Source: Phyllobates terribilis (Eukaryota). Taken from it: a DNA stretch of 64,000 nucleotides. Made by a program: the position numbers and the translations under genes. Where the stretch lies: positions 252,712,001-252,776,000 of the forward strand of contig NW_027362772.1 of assembly GCF_046119375.1 (NCBI RefSeq), read 5' to 3'. A model generated the notes under the pieces. It was not told the DNA's origin, made no database searches, and saw nothing but the letters and a program-made list of their open reading frames with translations. This document shows, one piece after another, positions 1-12,300 of this stretch (position 1 is the first letter of the stretch; each line of letters opens with the position of its first letter).

Positions 1-262
1 TAAATATGACGTATTTCATCTGTGACTGTGCTGGTGTACTGCAACCCCCTACAGCAACCATCATGTATACACATCATGTTGTGAAGGAGAGAACGCTGTG
101 TTTTACTTCCTTACCTCGGGAAAGTGTCAGGTAACATTTCCACTACATTCCAAACCCGGAACATCATTCACTTACCATGATTAATGACAATCACAATCAC
201 TGACAGCTCTCCACATGTACTAATATACGGTACATATATAGAAATATATCCACACATACATA

Positions 263-1945
263 CACTCCCTGACAGAAGTTATGTCGCTTATCCATGTTAT
301 GTAAATAAAAGCTTATAACCTGACGTTAAATTCATCCATTGGTTTTATAAATTACTCTTTTGAAAGCTGAAACCCTCCCAAATTTGGTTTAGGTTAAGAA
401 AATAAATCGGCATCAATGCTGAAATATTGATCATTTAATGAACACAGAATGGTCAGATTTTGGCAAGACAAAAGTTTTGTCGCCTGGTCATATAATGCAC
501 CCAATCCTAGTTTACATCCTCACCAGTGCTCAGTAAATGATCGGTTAATTAGTGGGTGTGTATAAAAAGAAACCCAGCACCCCAGACCTTCACTTGAACT
601 GCAACTTGAGCTCTGACAACATGCCAAAAATCCACCCTGCGACCAAAGCCTTGATTATCAAGAGGCTGAAGACCAGATCCACCGCAGAGGTGGCTGGCAC
701 CTTTAATGTGTCTCAGCGTCAAATACAAAGAATTAAAAAAAGATTTGAAGAGACTGGAGATGTGTTTGACAAGCCCAGGTCCGGCAGACCCCACAAGACA
801 ACTGCTCAGGAGGAATGTTTGATGGTTAGAAAATCCAAAGCAAGCCCCTCTTCCACTGCAGCAGAGCTCCAACCGGCCTGGTCACCTCAAGTCCCAGTGT
901 CAATTAGAACAGTTTGTAGGATTCTGTCTCGAAATGGCCTCCATGGTCGAATCAGTGCCCAGAAGCCAGCATTAAACAAAAGGCAAATAAAAAACCGTGT
1001 GGCATTTACAAAGTCCCACAGCCTGCTAAACAGATGGACGCTGGAAAAGTGGCAGAAGGTGGATTTCTCTGCTGAATCTTTAGTAGAATTACACCACATC
1101 CACCGCAAATACTGCAGGAGACCTACTGGAGCCCGTATGGATCCAAAATACACTCAGAAAACAGTTACATTTGGTGGTGGAAAGATCATGGTCTGGGGTT
1201 ACATTCAGTATGGGGGTGTGCGAAACATTTGCAAGGTGGAAGGCAATATCAATAGCCTAAAATATCAAGAAGTATTAGCTACCTCTTACATTCCAAATCA
1301 TAAAAGGGGTCAAATTCTGCAGCAGGATGGTGCTCCATCTCATACATCCATATCTACAACAAAGTTCCTCCAGGCAAAAAAGATCAAGGTGCTCAAGGAC
1401 TGGTCAGCCCAGTCACCAGACATGAACATCATTGAGCATGTTTGGGGTAGGATGAAAGAGGAAGCTTGGAAGACGAAACCAAAGAATCTAGATGACCTCT
1501 GGGAGGCATGGAAGACTGCATTCTTTGCTATTCCTGATTACTTCATTAATAAATTGTATGCAACATTGTTGAACCGCATGGATGCAGTCCTTCAAGCTCA
1601 TGGAAGTCACACAAAATATTAAATATGACTCTAATAGCACCACAACTTCATTCACCAATGTTATGTAACATATATTTGTATTTTAAGATAATTATTTGTT
1701 TGAATATCACATTACTTTCTGTGGGAGACAAAACTTCTGTCTTGCCAAAATCTGACCATTCTGTGTTCATTAAATGATCAATATTTCAGCATTGATGCCA
1801 ATTAATTTTCTTAACCTAAACCAAATTTGGGAGGGTTTCAGCTTTCAAAAGAGTAATTTATAAAACCAATGGATGAATTTAATGTCAGGTTATAAGCTTT
1901 TATTTACATAACATGGATAAGCGACATAACTTCTGTCAGGGAGTG
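263..1945 (+). mobile_element. Tc1-superfamily DNA transposon, DD35E spacing (Traveler-like), full length
   Basis: TA TSD at 261-262 and 1946-1947; ~219-bp TIRs (263-481, 1727-1945) starting CACTCCCTGACAGAAG; inner/outer direct repeats GACAGAAGTTATGTCGC / GACAAAAGTTTTGTCGC (IR/DR type); internal transposase ORF. Confidence 0.95.
621..1622 (+). CDS. Tc1-like transposase, open ORF, first catalytic Asp replaced by Ala
   Basis: ATG 621 in frame with ORF 552-1622; paired-like HTH, GRP motif (RSGRP), FSAES in place of FSDES, QQDGAP...35 aa...IIEHVW. Confidence 0.9.
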   Translation: MPKIHPATKALIIKRLKTRSTAEVAGTFNVSQRQIQRIKKRFEETGDVFDKPRSGRPHKTTAQEECLMVRKSKASPSSTAAELQPAWSPQVPVSIRTVCRILSRNGLHGRISAQKPALNKRQIKNRVAFTKSHSLLNRWTLEKWQKVDFSAESLVELHHIHRKYCRRPTGARMDPKYTQKTVTFGGGKIMVWGYIQYGGVRNICKVEGNINSLKYQEVLATSYIPNHKRGQILQQDGAPSHTSISTTKFLQAKKIKVLKDWSAQSPDMNIIEHVWGRMKEEAWKTKPKNLDDLWEAWKTAFFAIPDYFINKLYATLLNRMDAVLQAHGSHTKY

Positions 1946-1947
1946 TA

Positions 1948-3091
1948 CAGGAGCATCTCACTAAATTAGAATATCATCAAAAAGTTAATTTATTTAAGTT
2001 CTTCAATGCAAAAAGTGAAACTCATATATTACATAGAGTCATTACAGAGTGATCTATTTCAAGTGTTTATTTCTGTTAATGTTGATGACACAAAAGTCAT
2101 TATCTTAGTAAATTAAAATAATTAACAAAAAACACCTGCAAAGGCTTCTTAAGCATTTAAAAAGGTCCCTTAGTCTGTTTCAGTAGGCTCCACAATCATG
2201 GGGAAGACTGCTGACTTGACAGATGTCCAGAAGGCAGTCACTGACACACTCCACAAGATCACAGAGTTCCAATTTTCATTTGGAAATCCAGGTCCCAGAG
2301 TCTGGAGGAAGAGTGGAGAGGCCACAATCCAAGCTGCTTGAGTTCTAGTGTGAAGTATCCACAATCAGTGATGGTTTGGCAAGCCATGGCATCTTCTGGT
2401 GTAGGTCCACTGTGTTTTATCAAGACCAAAGTCAGCACAACCGTCTACCAGGAAATTTTAGAGCACTTCATGCTTCCCTCTGCCGACAAGCTTTTTCGAG
2501 ATGGAAATGTCATTCTCCAGCAGGACTTGGCACCTGTCCACACTGCCAAAAGTACCAATACCTGGTTTACACACAGCAGTATCACTGTGCTTGATTGGCA
2601 GCAAACTCGCCTGACCTTAACCCCATAGAGAATCTATGGGGTATTGTCAAGAAGAAGATGAGGCACCAGACCCAACAATGCAGACGAGCTGAAGGCTGCT
2701 ATCAAAGCAACCTGGGCTTCCATAACACCTCAGCAGTGCCACAGGCTGATCGCCTCCATGCCACATTGCCGCATTGATGCAGTAATTGATGCAAAAGGAG
2801 CCCCGACCAAGTATTGAGGGCATTTACTGAACATACATTTCAGTAGGCCAATGTTTCAGATTTTAAAAACATTTTTCAAGCTGTTGTTATAAACTATTCT
2901 AATTTACTGAGATAATGACTTGTGTTTTCATTGGCTGTAAGCCATAATCATCAACATTAACAGAAATAAACACTTGAAATAGATCACTCTGTTTGTAATG
3001 ACTCTATATAATATAGGAGTTTCATTTTTGTATTGAAGAACTGAAATAAATTAACTTTTTGATGATATTCTAATTTAGTGAGATGCACCTG
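1948..3091 (+). mobile_element. Tc1 DD34E element, internally deleted, non-autonomous
   Basis: Ends CAGGAGCATCTCACTAAATTAGAATATCATCAAAAAG / CTTTTTGATGATATTCTAATTTAGTGAGATGCACCTG; TA at 1946-47 and 3092-93; inner DR TATTCTAATTTACTGAGAT near 2895; left TIR partly deleted. Confidence 0.92.
2198..2817 (+). pseudogene. Deleted and frameshifted Tc1 transposase
   Basis: MGKTADLTDVQK start jumps to SVKYPQSVMVW...QQDLAPVHT...W/ANSPDLNPIENLW (34-aa spacing after restoring one base). Confidence 0.88.
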
Positions 3092-3115
3092 TAAAATATA
3101 TATATACAATATATA

Positions 3116-4685
3116 CACTGTTCAGAAAAATAAAGGGAACCCTTAAACAACAGAATATTACTCCAAGTACATCAAACTTCTGTAAAATCAAACTGTTCAC
3201 TTAGGAAGCAACACTGATTGACAATCAATTTCACATGCTGTTGAGCAAATGGAAAAGACAATAGATGGAAATTATTGGCAATTATCAAGACACCCTCAAT
3301 AAAGGAGTGGTTCTGCAGGTGGGGACCACAGACCACATCTCAGTACCAATGCTTTCTGTCTGATGTTTTGGTCACTTTTGAATGTTGGTTGTGCTTTCAC
3401 ACTCGTGGTAGCATGAGACGGACATTACAACTCACAGAAGTTGCTCAGGTAGTGCAGCTCATCCAGGATGGCACATCAATGCGAGCTGTGGCAAGAAGGT
3501 TTGCTGTGTCTGTCAGCGTAGTGTCCAGTGGCCAGAGGCGCTACAAGGAGACAGGCCAGTACACCAGGAGACGTGGAGGGGGCCGTAGGAGGGCAACAAC
3601 CCAGCACCAGGACCGCTACCTCCGCCATTGTGCAAGGAGGAACAGGAGGAGCACTGCCAAAATGACCTCCAGCAGGCCACAATTGTGCATGTGTCTGCAC
3701 AAACGGTTAGAAACTGACTCCATGAGGGTGGTATGAGGGCCCGACATCCACAGATGGGGGTTGTGCTCACAGCCCAACACCGTGCAGAACGCTTGCCATT
3801 TGCCACAGAACATCAGGATTGGCAAAGTCGCCACTGGAGCCCTGTGCTCTTCACAGATGAAAGATGGGCACGCTGAGCCCATATGACAGACGTGACAGAG
3901 TCTAGAGACGCCGTGGAGAGCGATTTGCTGCCTGCAACATCCTTCAGCATGACCGGTTTGGCAGTGGGTCAGTAATGGTGTGGGGTGGCATTTCTTTGGA
4001 GGGCCGCACAGCCCTCCATATGTTCACCAGAGGTAGCCTGACTGCCATTAGGGACCGAGAAGAGATCCTCAGACCCCTTGTAAGACCATATGCTGGTGCG
4101 GTTGGCCCTGGGTTCCTCCTAATGCAGGACAATGCCAGACCTCATGTGGCTGGAGTGTGTCAGCAGTTCCTGGAAGATGAAGGCATTGAAGCTATGGACT
4201 GGCCCGCCTGCTCCCCAGACCTGAATCGGAATGAGCACATCTGGGACATCATGTCTCACTCCATCCACCAACGTCACGTTGCACCACAGACTGTCCAGGA
4301 GTTGGCGGATGCTTTAGTCCAGGTCTGGGAGGAGATCCCACAGGAGACCATCCGTAACCTCATAAGGAGCATGCCCAGGCGTTGTAGGGAGGTCATACAA
4401 GCACGTGGAGGCCACACACAATACTGAGCCTCATTTTGACTTGTTTTATGGACATTACATCAAAGTTGGATCACCCTGTAATGTGTTTTTCCACTTTAAT
4501 TTTGGGGGTGACTCCAAATCCAGTCCTCCATTGGTTAATAAATTTGATTTCCATTGATGATTTTTGTGTGATTTTGTTGTCAGCACATCCAACTTTGTAC
4601 AGAACAAAGTATTCAATGAGAATATTTCATTCATTCAGATCTAGGATGTGTTATTTGAGTGTTCCCTTTATTTTTTTGAGCAGTG
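3116..4685 (+). mobile_element. Tc1 DD34E element with short (~25 bp) TIRs
   Basis: CACTGTTCAGAAAAATAAAGGGAAC / GTTCCCTTTATTTTTTTGAGCAGTG, TA at 3114-15 and 4686-87. Confidence 0.93.
3413..4427 (+). pseudogene. Frameshifted Tc1 transposase
   Basis: [23 protein letters not shown]; VLFTDE; MQDNARPH...34 aa...NEHIW; split over several frames. Confidence 0.9.
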
Positions 4686-6996
4686 TATTTACGCTAGTGG
4701 ATAGTGGATACATGTAAGTAAATGGTCACTACTATATGGTCCCCAAAGGATACACATGGCGCAAAGACGAACAGTTGTGACAAACATTATGTGAGTAGCG
4801 TAGAAAAGCACAGAATCTCTGTAAGAACTTCAGGTCATAACTCTTGCCTGATATTTTTTTTTTTGTACAGAACAAACTGATTTGTTGCTTTGTTCAGGAA
4901 ATATATTTTGTGCGTTGCAGAATATTTCTTCTCATTATCCCCGTCACTTTATAAAGTGTAAATCTGGAACACACTAAGAGGAGGCACTGCGGAAAGGTGT
5001 AATTATCCAGTGCTAAAAGCCACAGCGCTCCAATACCAGTGGGTGTAAAGGCTCGTTGGAACATTAATACATAAAAAGTACAGTAAAATATGAGAATGGA
5101 ACATTGGCTGGAAAAATCACATTCAATGCATATGAGGAAATGTATGGCAGAGTCCATGTGTCAAGGGAACTTTCAACCTTAGCTTCCAGTAAAAAGTAGG
5201 AAAGTTCTCATCCTGGTATCTAAGGATGTTCCTCGTGAATCTAAACTCTACTGGCAAGTGGAGTGGCAAATGCCAGCAAGATTTTTCCATTGCAAATGAA
5301 AAAGTACCCTACATTCATTGCTGGCAGGCTCAGAATACAAAGCTCTGTTGTGACTAAAGTGGCACAAAGACCGGCTGGAGAAACCCCTTCATTGCTGGGA
5401 AACCAGCAGCTCGAGAATAGCAGCGATGCCCAACCTCCAAGTGACATTGATAGGCGCACATGCCCCCATGGATCTTGGAGTACACGATTCACTTTAAGAT
5501 TTTGCTATGCTTGCTATATCCAATATTAACAGATGTAAAGAGGTGTGAACCAAAATTGCATGAAGGTGTATATACCATAGATTACTGGTGGACACAGACA
5601 GAAGAGGTCCCTGTGCAAGAACAATATATGGACACTTTGCAGCCCAGTAGCTCATCATAATGCATGATTCAGGGGTTATAAATGGCCCTCTTACTTCTTG
5701 GGTCCCTGCACGGCCGCACAGGTTGCACCAATCATATGTCTGACCCTGCCATAGATGCAGACCATAGCGTTCTAGAAAAGAGGGGATCCAGCTGTGGTTG
5801 GTTGCATCCCCTATGCTATAGTGTGATATAAACCTGCTGAAGACTTCCTTCTTCTGCAGAGTAACGACAATGCAGTTCTACAAGGGGGTGGATATTAAGC
5901 CAGTGGATCAGGGAAAAGAGTTGGAAGGAAAGGCAAAAGCTAAGTCCAATTATCCATGGTGACAAAACTTAGGCCCATTCTGATTTTTGGCAAGGTGGCC
6001 CCTCTAGTCTTTGTAAGCCAGTGTTTTGGGTGTAAGAAAACTTTACTTGAAACTAACAAAAATTTGGTTATGACTTTAGATGAACCCCATATTTTTATAC
6101 CTATATGTTAAACTCGTAAGATTCTCAGGAGCTGAGATAGACTGTGCCGAGAGACTCATCCTATACGTTATACAAGTGAAAAAAATTCCTTGTTTTAAGG
6201 AATATTGGGATTCTGTTGGGACCTGAAGAATAATTTAACATCCTTTTCTTGATCATGTAAAAAAAAAAAATCAACCCGATCCTTTGATCTGTCAGGTTGA
6301 TTTACCAAGTCTTCGAGAACAGTGAAGTGGGGGAGATTAGGCTATAAGCTCAAATGGAGCAGGTAACAACATGGAAGACCACTTTATGGCCAACTTTAAT
6401 CATTGGTCTGCTTTAGAAAACCTACTTTATTATACAATGTTTGGTAATTCGGAGTTGACAAAGAGGGGGAAGTGACCCTGTTCAGGATTTTCATCTCATG
6501 GCCAGAGAGAAGAGTTTTTGTAAAGAGCATCCTCTCCTTTGAAAGACATGTTTATTTCCGATGTGGTGGTGAAGCATGGAAACTGAGAACATACTTCTTG
6601 GTTTCCCTACTGATTACAGCTCATTGCTGGGGGTCCCAGCAGGAAAACACAGATTGAGCTTATCGTCATGGAACCTTTCTAACAAGCAGAGAAGAACCCC
6701 TCCTATATGCATTGGAGAGCCCCCTATAAAACTTGTATCATAAAATGCATACATTGTGACATCCACAGAATTTCAGCTCTGCAATAAAACCTTCAGTGAA
6801 TGCTAATAATATATATGTCAAGTTAAATCCCATAATAAGACAGTGTCACTCACCATATACAGCACAATGGAAATGGCTATAAAAAGCTGACAGATCTCAA
6901 GTACAAGCTTCAGGGGATAGATTCCATTGCTCACAGCTTATTTTAATAAGAAATAGTTCAATCTCGATTTATTTTACAGATTGCGTTTTCCACCTT

Positions 6997-8301
6997 AACA
7001 TAGTAACATAGTTTGTAAAGCCGAATAAAGACTTGCGTCCATCAAGTTCGACCTGTTAGTTCTGTAATTGCTAAAGTTGATCCAGAGGAGGGCAAAAACC
7101 CCAAATGATTTAGCCAATCTTCACCTGAGGAAAAATTCCCTCCCGACTCTGAAACCAGCAGTCAGAATAAATCCCTGTATCAACCTACTATTTTATTTTA
7201 TTTTTAAGTATATGCTGAAATCTGCCTGGTATCTAGAAATGCATCCAGTCCCCGCTTGAACTGGTGTAGTGAATCTGACATTACCGTCTCCTCACTCAGT
7301 GAATTCCATATTCTCACTGCTCTTACCGTAAAGAACCCCTTCCTATGCTGGTGCTGAAACCTTTTCTCTTCCAGTCTTAGTGAATGCCCTCTTGTTACCG
7401 TAATATCCCTCCTTTTGAACAAATCACGGGCAAGATCTCTATACTGTCCCCTAACATATTTGTACACATTTATTATGTCCCCCCTCAACCTTCTCTTTTC
7501 CAGGCTGAATAGTTCTAGTTTTGCCAACCTCTCTGGGTATTGCAGTCCCTCCATTCCCTTTATTAATTTTGTTGCCCTCCTTTGTACCTTTTCAAGCTCA
7601 TTTATATCCTTTCTATATATTGGGGCCCATAACTGAGCACAGTATTCCAAGTGTGGTCTGACCAGTGCTTTGTACAGTGGAAGAACAATGTTCTCATCCT
7701 TTGCAGCTATACCTCTTCTGATACATCCCATTACCCTGTTTGCCCTTACAGCAGCGGCCTGACTTTGGGCACTCCAATTTAGTTTGCTATCAATCAAGAT
7801 GCCCAAGTCCTTCTCCATCTCTGAATTCCCCAATGATTTCCCATTCAGTGAGTACTGGTGACTTCCATTTTTCCTTCCCATATGTATGACCTTACATTTC
7901 TCCTCGTTAAACCTCATTTGCCATTTAATGCTCCACCTACCCAGCTTATCCAAATCCCTCTGTAGGTCTGCACTGTCCTCTTTTGTATTAATTGTTTTAC
8001 ATAACTTTGTGTCATCTGCAAATATTGATATTTTACTATTTATCCCGTTGACTATGTCGTTAATAAAGATATTAAATAACATTGGGCCTAGTACAGACCC
8101 CTGTGGTACCCCACTAGTGACGCTTACCCAATCTGAGTATATTCCATTTATAACCACCCTCTGCCTTCTATCCTTTAGCCAGTTAGCTACCCACTTGCAG
8201 ACATTTTCCCCCAGCCCCATCATTCTCATTTTGTATACCAACCTATTATGTGGCACGCTATCGAACGCTTTTGAGAAGTCGAGATACACGACATCCACTG
8301 G
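6997..8301 (-). mobile_element. CR1-clade LINE, 5'-truncated
   Basis: 3' end in ACTATGTT repeats (plus strand AACATAGTAACATAGT at 6997); 8-bp TSD TCCACCTT at 6989-6996 and 8302-8309. Confidence 0.92.
7204..8301 (-). CDS. C-terminal part of CR1 ORF2 reverse transcriptase, uninterrupted
   Basis: VDVVYLDFSKAFD, PQGSVLGPMLF, FADDTKL, RPHLEYC, LEKVQRRATK, RGHSLRL; the ORF-track N-terminus upstream of 8301 is flanking DNA. Confidence 0.9.
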   Translation of the reverse strand, partial: PVDVVYLDFSKAFDSVPHNRLVYKMRMMGLGENVCKWVANWLKDRRQRVVINGIYSDWVSVTSGVPQGSVLGPMLFNIFINDIVNGINSKISIFADDTKLCKTINTKEDSADLQRDLDKLGRWSIKWQMRFNEEKCKVIHMGRKNGSHQYSLNGKSLGNSEMEKDLGILIDSKLNWSAQSQAAAVRANRVMGCIRRGIAAKDENIVLPLYKALVRPHLEYCAQLWAPIYRKDINELEKVQRRATKLIKGMEGLQYPERLAKLELFSLEKRRLRGDIINVYKYVRGQYRDLARDLFKRRDITVTRGHSLRLEEKRFQHQHRKGFFTVRAVRIWNSLSEETVMSDSLHQFKRGLDAFLDTRQISAYT

Positions 8302-8484
8302 TCCACCTTGAGCTTGTTGTTGTTGAGGTGCGTTACAAAAAACATTCAGAGACTGGATTGTCTGCAAATATTTCTAGGATTGTAGAGGAAGTCTAGTGGT
8401 CAAAAGAGGACAAACTTTTTCAAAACTTTTTTTTTGGGGATCTACCAGGATTAGGCACGTGACTGTGAAAAAATTGCTACCAAT

Positions 8485-8826
8485 TGTAGCGCCGGCATCA
8501 CTGCACGCTGTCCCTCTTCCCCAGCAGGGAGGCCATCTCACTCACCACCACAGCCTCCATCCCACACTTCGGTCTATAGCTAGAAGACACTTACTATTTA
8601 AGGAACCTCCTCCACCATGGAGGTGCCTGAGCAATGTCGTTTGTCTGTTCTAACACGCTTGCTAGTTCTCAGGTCCTAGTGCTCGTATCCAGTGTACCAG
8701 GCCTGTTTATCAGCCGTGCCAGTCTGCCTGTCTATCAGCTGTGCCAGTCAGCCTGTCTATCAACTGTGTCCACCAGCACCAGCCTGTCCATCAGCCGTAC
8801 CCACCTGCACTTGCCTATCATGATAT
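8485..8826 (+). mobile_element. Older solo-LTR-like remnant that hosts chromovirus 1; continues at about 13333-13400
   Basis: Starts TGTAGCGCCGGCATC; TATTTAAG...CTCCTCCA..ATGGAGGTGCC block similar to the solo LTR at 41054; short degenerate repeats continue after the TSD; right end not found. Confidence 0.55.
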
Positions 8827-9249
8827 TGTTAGAACTCTCCTGTTAGGTTTTTTCTAGTTTGCTGGTCACATGACCATTTTTGCCTATTTAATCCGGCTCC
8901 GCCCTCCTGGCCTTGCTGGACTTCATTGTATTTACTACTCTTGAGCTAGCTTGGTGCTCTGTTACCGTTCTCTGATAGTTTTGCTAGGTCTTCGGACCTC
9001 TATGTTCTTTGTTGTGTGTTTGTCTTTGACTGCTACAATTTCTGCTAGGAGGTGTCCAACTTTATCCCAGTCCCTAGTTCTTGTAGGGATTCCTCCCTTG
9101 CATCTATAGGTCTTCGTACAGACTAGCCGAGGACTTTAGCGGGTCTGATTGCAGGATCAGGTTCCCCGTTACATCGTAGGGATCTAGTTTAGTTCGATTG
9201 TAGGGACAGATCTCCTGTCTTTCCTTAGTGCTTGTAGCAGATCATAACA

Positions 9250-9260
9250 GTAAGTCCAGC
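9250..9260 (+). promoter_or_regulatory. Self-priming-type PBS
   Basis: AAGTCCAGC (9252-60) is the reverse complement of GCTGGACTT (8915-23), which starts 30 nt after TATTTAA (8885); no TGG tRNA-type PBS. Confidence 0.75.
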
Positions 9261-9302
9261 CCAAAAAAAAATTTCTCTAAGGAAAGACCTCCAGTTTCCA
9301 TC

Positions 9303-12300
9303 ATGGTCTCGGTTCAAGATTTGGCTTAACGCTTGCAGGGACTCTCTCTGGAGGTGGCCGAGCTCCAACAACACGTGAGTAGCTGTTCTGGAGCACATTT
9401 GGTAGAGCCAAAGGTACGTCTGCCTGATCTATTTTTTGGTGAACAACAAGATTTTTTTTCTTTTAAAAATGCTTGTTTATTGTATTTTCGTTTAAGACCC
9501 GGATCATCTGGTGATGAATCACAGCGCATAGGGTTCATAATGTTACTTTTGCGCAAGGATCCTCAGGGATGGGCTTTTTCTCTCCAACCTAGTGATCCGT
9601 GCTTTAGATCAGTGGATAGTTTTTTTTCTGCTTTGGGTTTGTTGTACGATGATCCTGATCGTGTCTCATCTGCTGAGTCTGAATTGAGACGTTTGAGGCA
9701 GGGATCAGGTAATGTGGAAAAGTATTGTTCTCACTTCCGTCGGTGGTCTGCCCAGGTGGGGTGGAACAATTCAGCTTTGAAAAGTTTGTTTCTGGCGGGG
9801 CTAGGTGAAAGGGTTAAAGATTTGCTGACTGCTTATCCCACACCCGGAAACTTGCAGGAGGCTATGCAATTAGCTATACGGGTGGACAGGAGACTGCGTG
9901 CAAGGGTTAATGAGAGCAAATCCTCTGCTATGTCAGCTCCGAGTCTTGAGAGGGTCTGTGCTGACAAAGGAGAGCCGATGGAGATTGGGGCGATGACACC
10001 CCGCTCTCAGGAAAAAGACCGCAGGCTTTCTGAAGGTTTGTGCTTCTATTGCGGAAATTCTGGTCATTTTATTAAGAACTGTGTGCTTCGTATGAACAAA
10101 GAAAAAAAAATGGTCAGTTATGCCCGTATTGCCTGTTTAAATACAAAGGGAGTATTCCTATCTGCTACTACCACTGCTCAGGAAGAATTAATTGAATTTC
10201 GGGTATTTGTGGATTGTGGTTCTACTCTGAATGTGATTGATGGGGGATTCTTGGAAAAACTTACATTAAAACCTAAACCTTTGTCATCCCCTATTGCTGT
10301 GGTTTCTGTCGATGGCTCTCCCTTGAAGAGTGTTACTCACAAGGTCTGTGAATTTCCCCTCTCTGTTAATGGTATTCATCAAGAGAATTTGGATTTGGTA
10401 GTATTGAATAATTTGCCTTCTCCAGTAATATTGGGGTTGCCCTGGTTAAAATTGCATAATCCTGTACTGGATTGGTCTACCAATGAAATTAAGTCCTGGA
10501 GCCCTAAATGTTATGACAAGTGTTGTAACGGACGTATTGCTGCGGTGGAAAAAGGGGAATTACCTGTACCTATTCAGGATTTTTGGAGAGTTTTTTTCTG
10601 AGGAGGAGTCACAAATTTTGCCTCCCCATAGAGACTATGATTGTACCATTGAATTTGTCCCTGGAGCGACTCTTCCTAAAAGTCGTTTATTTAATCTTAC
10701 TATTCCTGAGAGAAAGGCTTTGGAGGAATACATACAGACAAGCTAGGCCGTCGGTCACATTAGGCCTTCCAAGTCTCCTGTGGCTGTTGGATTTTTTTTT
10801 GTTAAAAAAAAAAGATGGCGGTTTACGTCCTTGTCTGGACTTTCGTGAGATTAATAAAATTACTGTACGCAATCCTTACCCACTGCCATTGATTCCTGAT
10901 TTGTTTAACCAGTTAGTGGGGGCCAAGTGGTTCTCTAAAATTGATCTCCGGGGGGCATACAATTTGTTGCGCATGAAGGAGGGTGATGAATGGAAGACTG
11001 CTTTTAACACTCCTGTGGGTCATTTTGAGAATCTGGTTATGCCTTTTGGTCTTACCAATGCTCCAGCATTTTTTCAGAATCTTATTAATGACATCCTTAG
11101 ACCTTTGATCGGCAAAAATGTGGTTGTGTATTTGGATGACATTCTGATTTATTCGCCTGATCTGGAGTCTCATTGGCGGAGCGTACGTGAGGTATTACAG
11201 TTATTAATGGACAATTCGCTTTTTGCTAAGCTAGAGAAATGTGAGTTCGCTGTACAGAGAATTAGTTTTTTGGGTTACATTATCTCCAGTGAAGGTTTTG
11301 AGATGGACTCGGTTAAAGTTCAAGCTGTGCAGGAATGGCCTAGGCCTATTGGTTTGAAATCGATACAGAGGTTTTTGGGTTTCGCCAATTATTACAGAAA
11401 ATTCATAAAAAAAATTTCTATTATTGTCAAACCACTGACCGATCTCACCAGGAAAGGTGCTAATGCGGTTCAGTGGACTTCTGAGGCCATTGAAGCTTTT
11501 GTGTTTCTAAAGGAGAGGTTCACCTCTGCTCCCATCCTTATGCAGCCTGATGTGACTAAGCCGTTTTTGGTTGAGGTTGATGCTTCTTCGGTAGGGGTCG
11601 GTGCGGTGTTGTCTCAGGAAAGCAAGGATGGAGTACGTCCCTGTGCCTTTTTTTCAAAAAATATTTCTGAGACCAAGAGACTTGTGGGTCGCAGTTTTTG
11701 GTTGCCTGGATGGCAGAAGGAAGTCATTAAGTGGGTGCGTCAATGTACTGTGTGTGCTAGATCTAAGTCTTCGCATGCTCCTGCTGCGGGGTTGCTTTGC
11801 CCTCTGGAGGTTCCTAGTGCACCTTGGACACATCTGGCCATGGACTTTATTACTGACCTTCCCCCCTCTGAAGGTTTCACGGTCATCTGGGTGGTCGTGG
11901 ACCGTTTTAGCAAGATGTGTCACTTGGTTCCCTTCATCAAACTGCCTTGCGCTAAGACACTCGCTAAGGCCTTTGTCAAGGAAATTGTCAGACTACATGG
12001 CGTTCCTACTGACATTGTTTCTGATAGGGGACCTCAGTTCGTGGCTCGTTTTTGGCGTGCCTTTTGTGACAGGTTGGGAGTTCATTTGTCGTTTTCATCC
12101 GGATATCATCCTGAGTCTAATGGCCAGACAGAAAGAAAGAACCAGGATGTTGAGCAGTTCTTGCGTTGCTTTGTGGCAGACAATCAAGAGGGGTGGTCTG
12201 AGTTTCTGCCACTTGCTGAATTTGCTCTTAACAACCATACATCCTCTTCTGCTGGGTGTTCGCCTTTTTTTTGTTGTACTGGGAGACATCCGTCTTTTGG

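Noticed and set aside
7415-8311. Plus-strand ORFs over the CR1
   Set aside because: Antisense shadows of the RT frame
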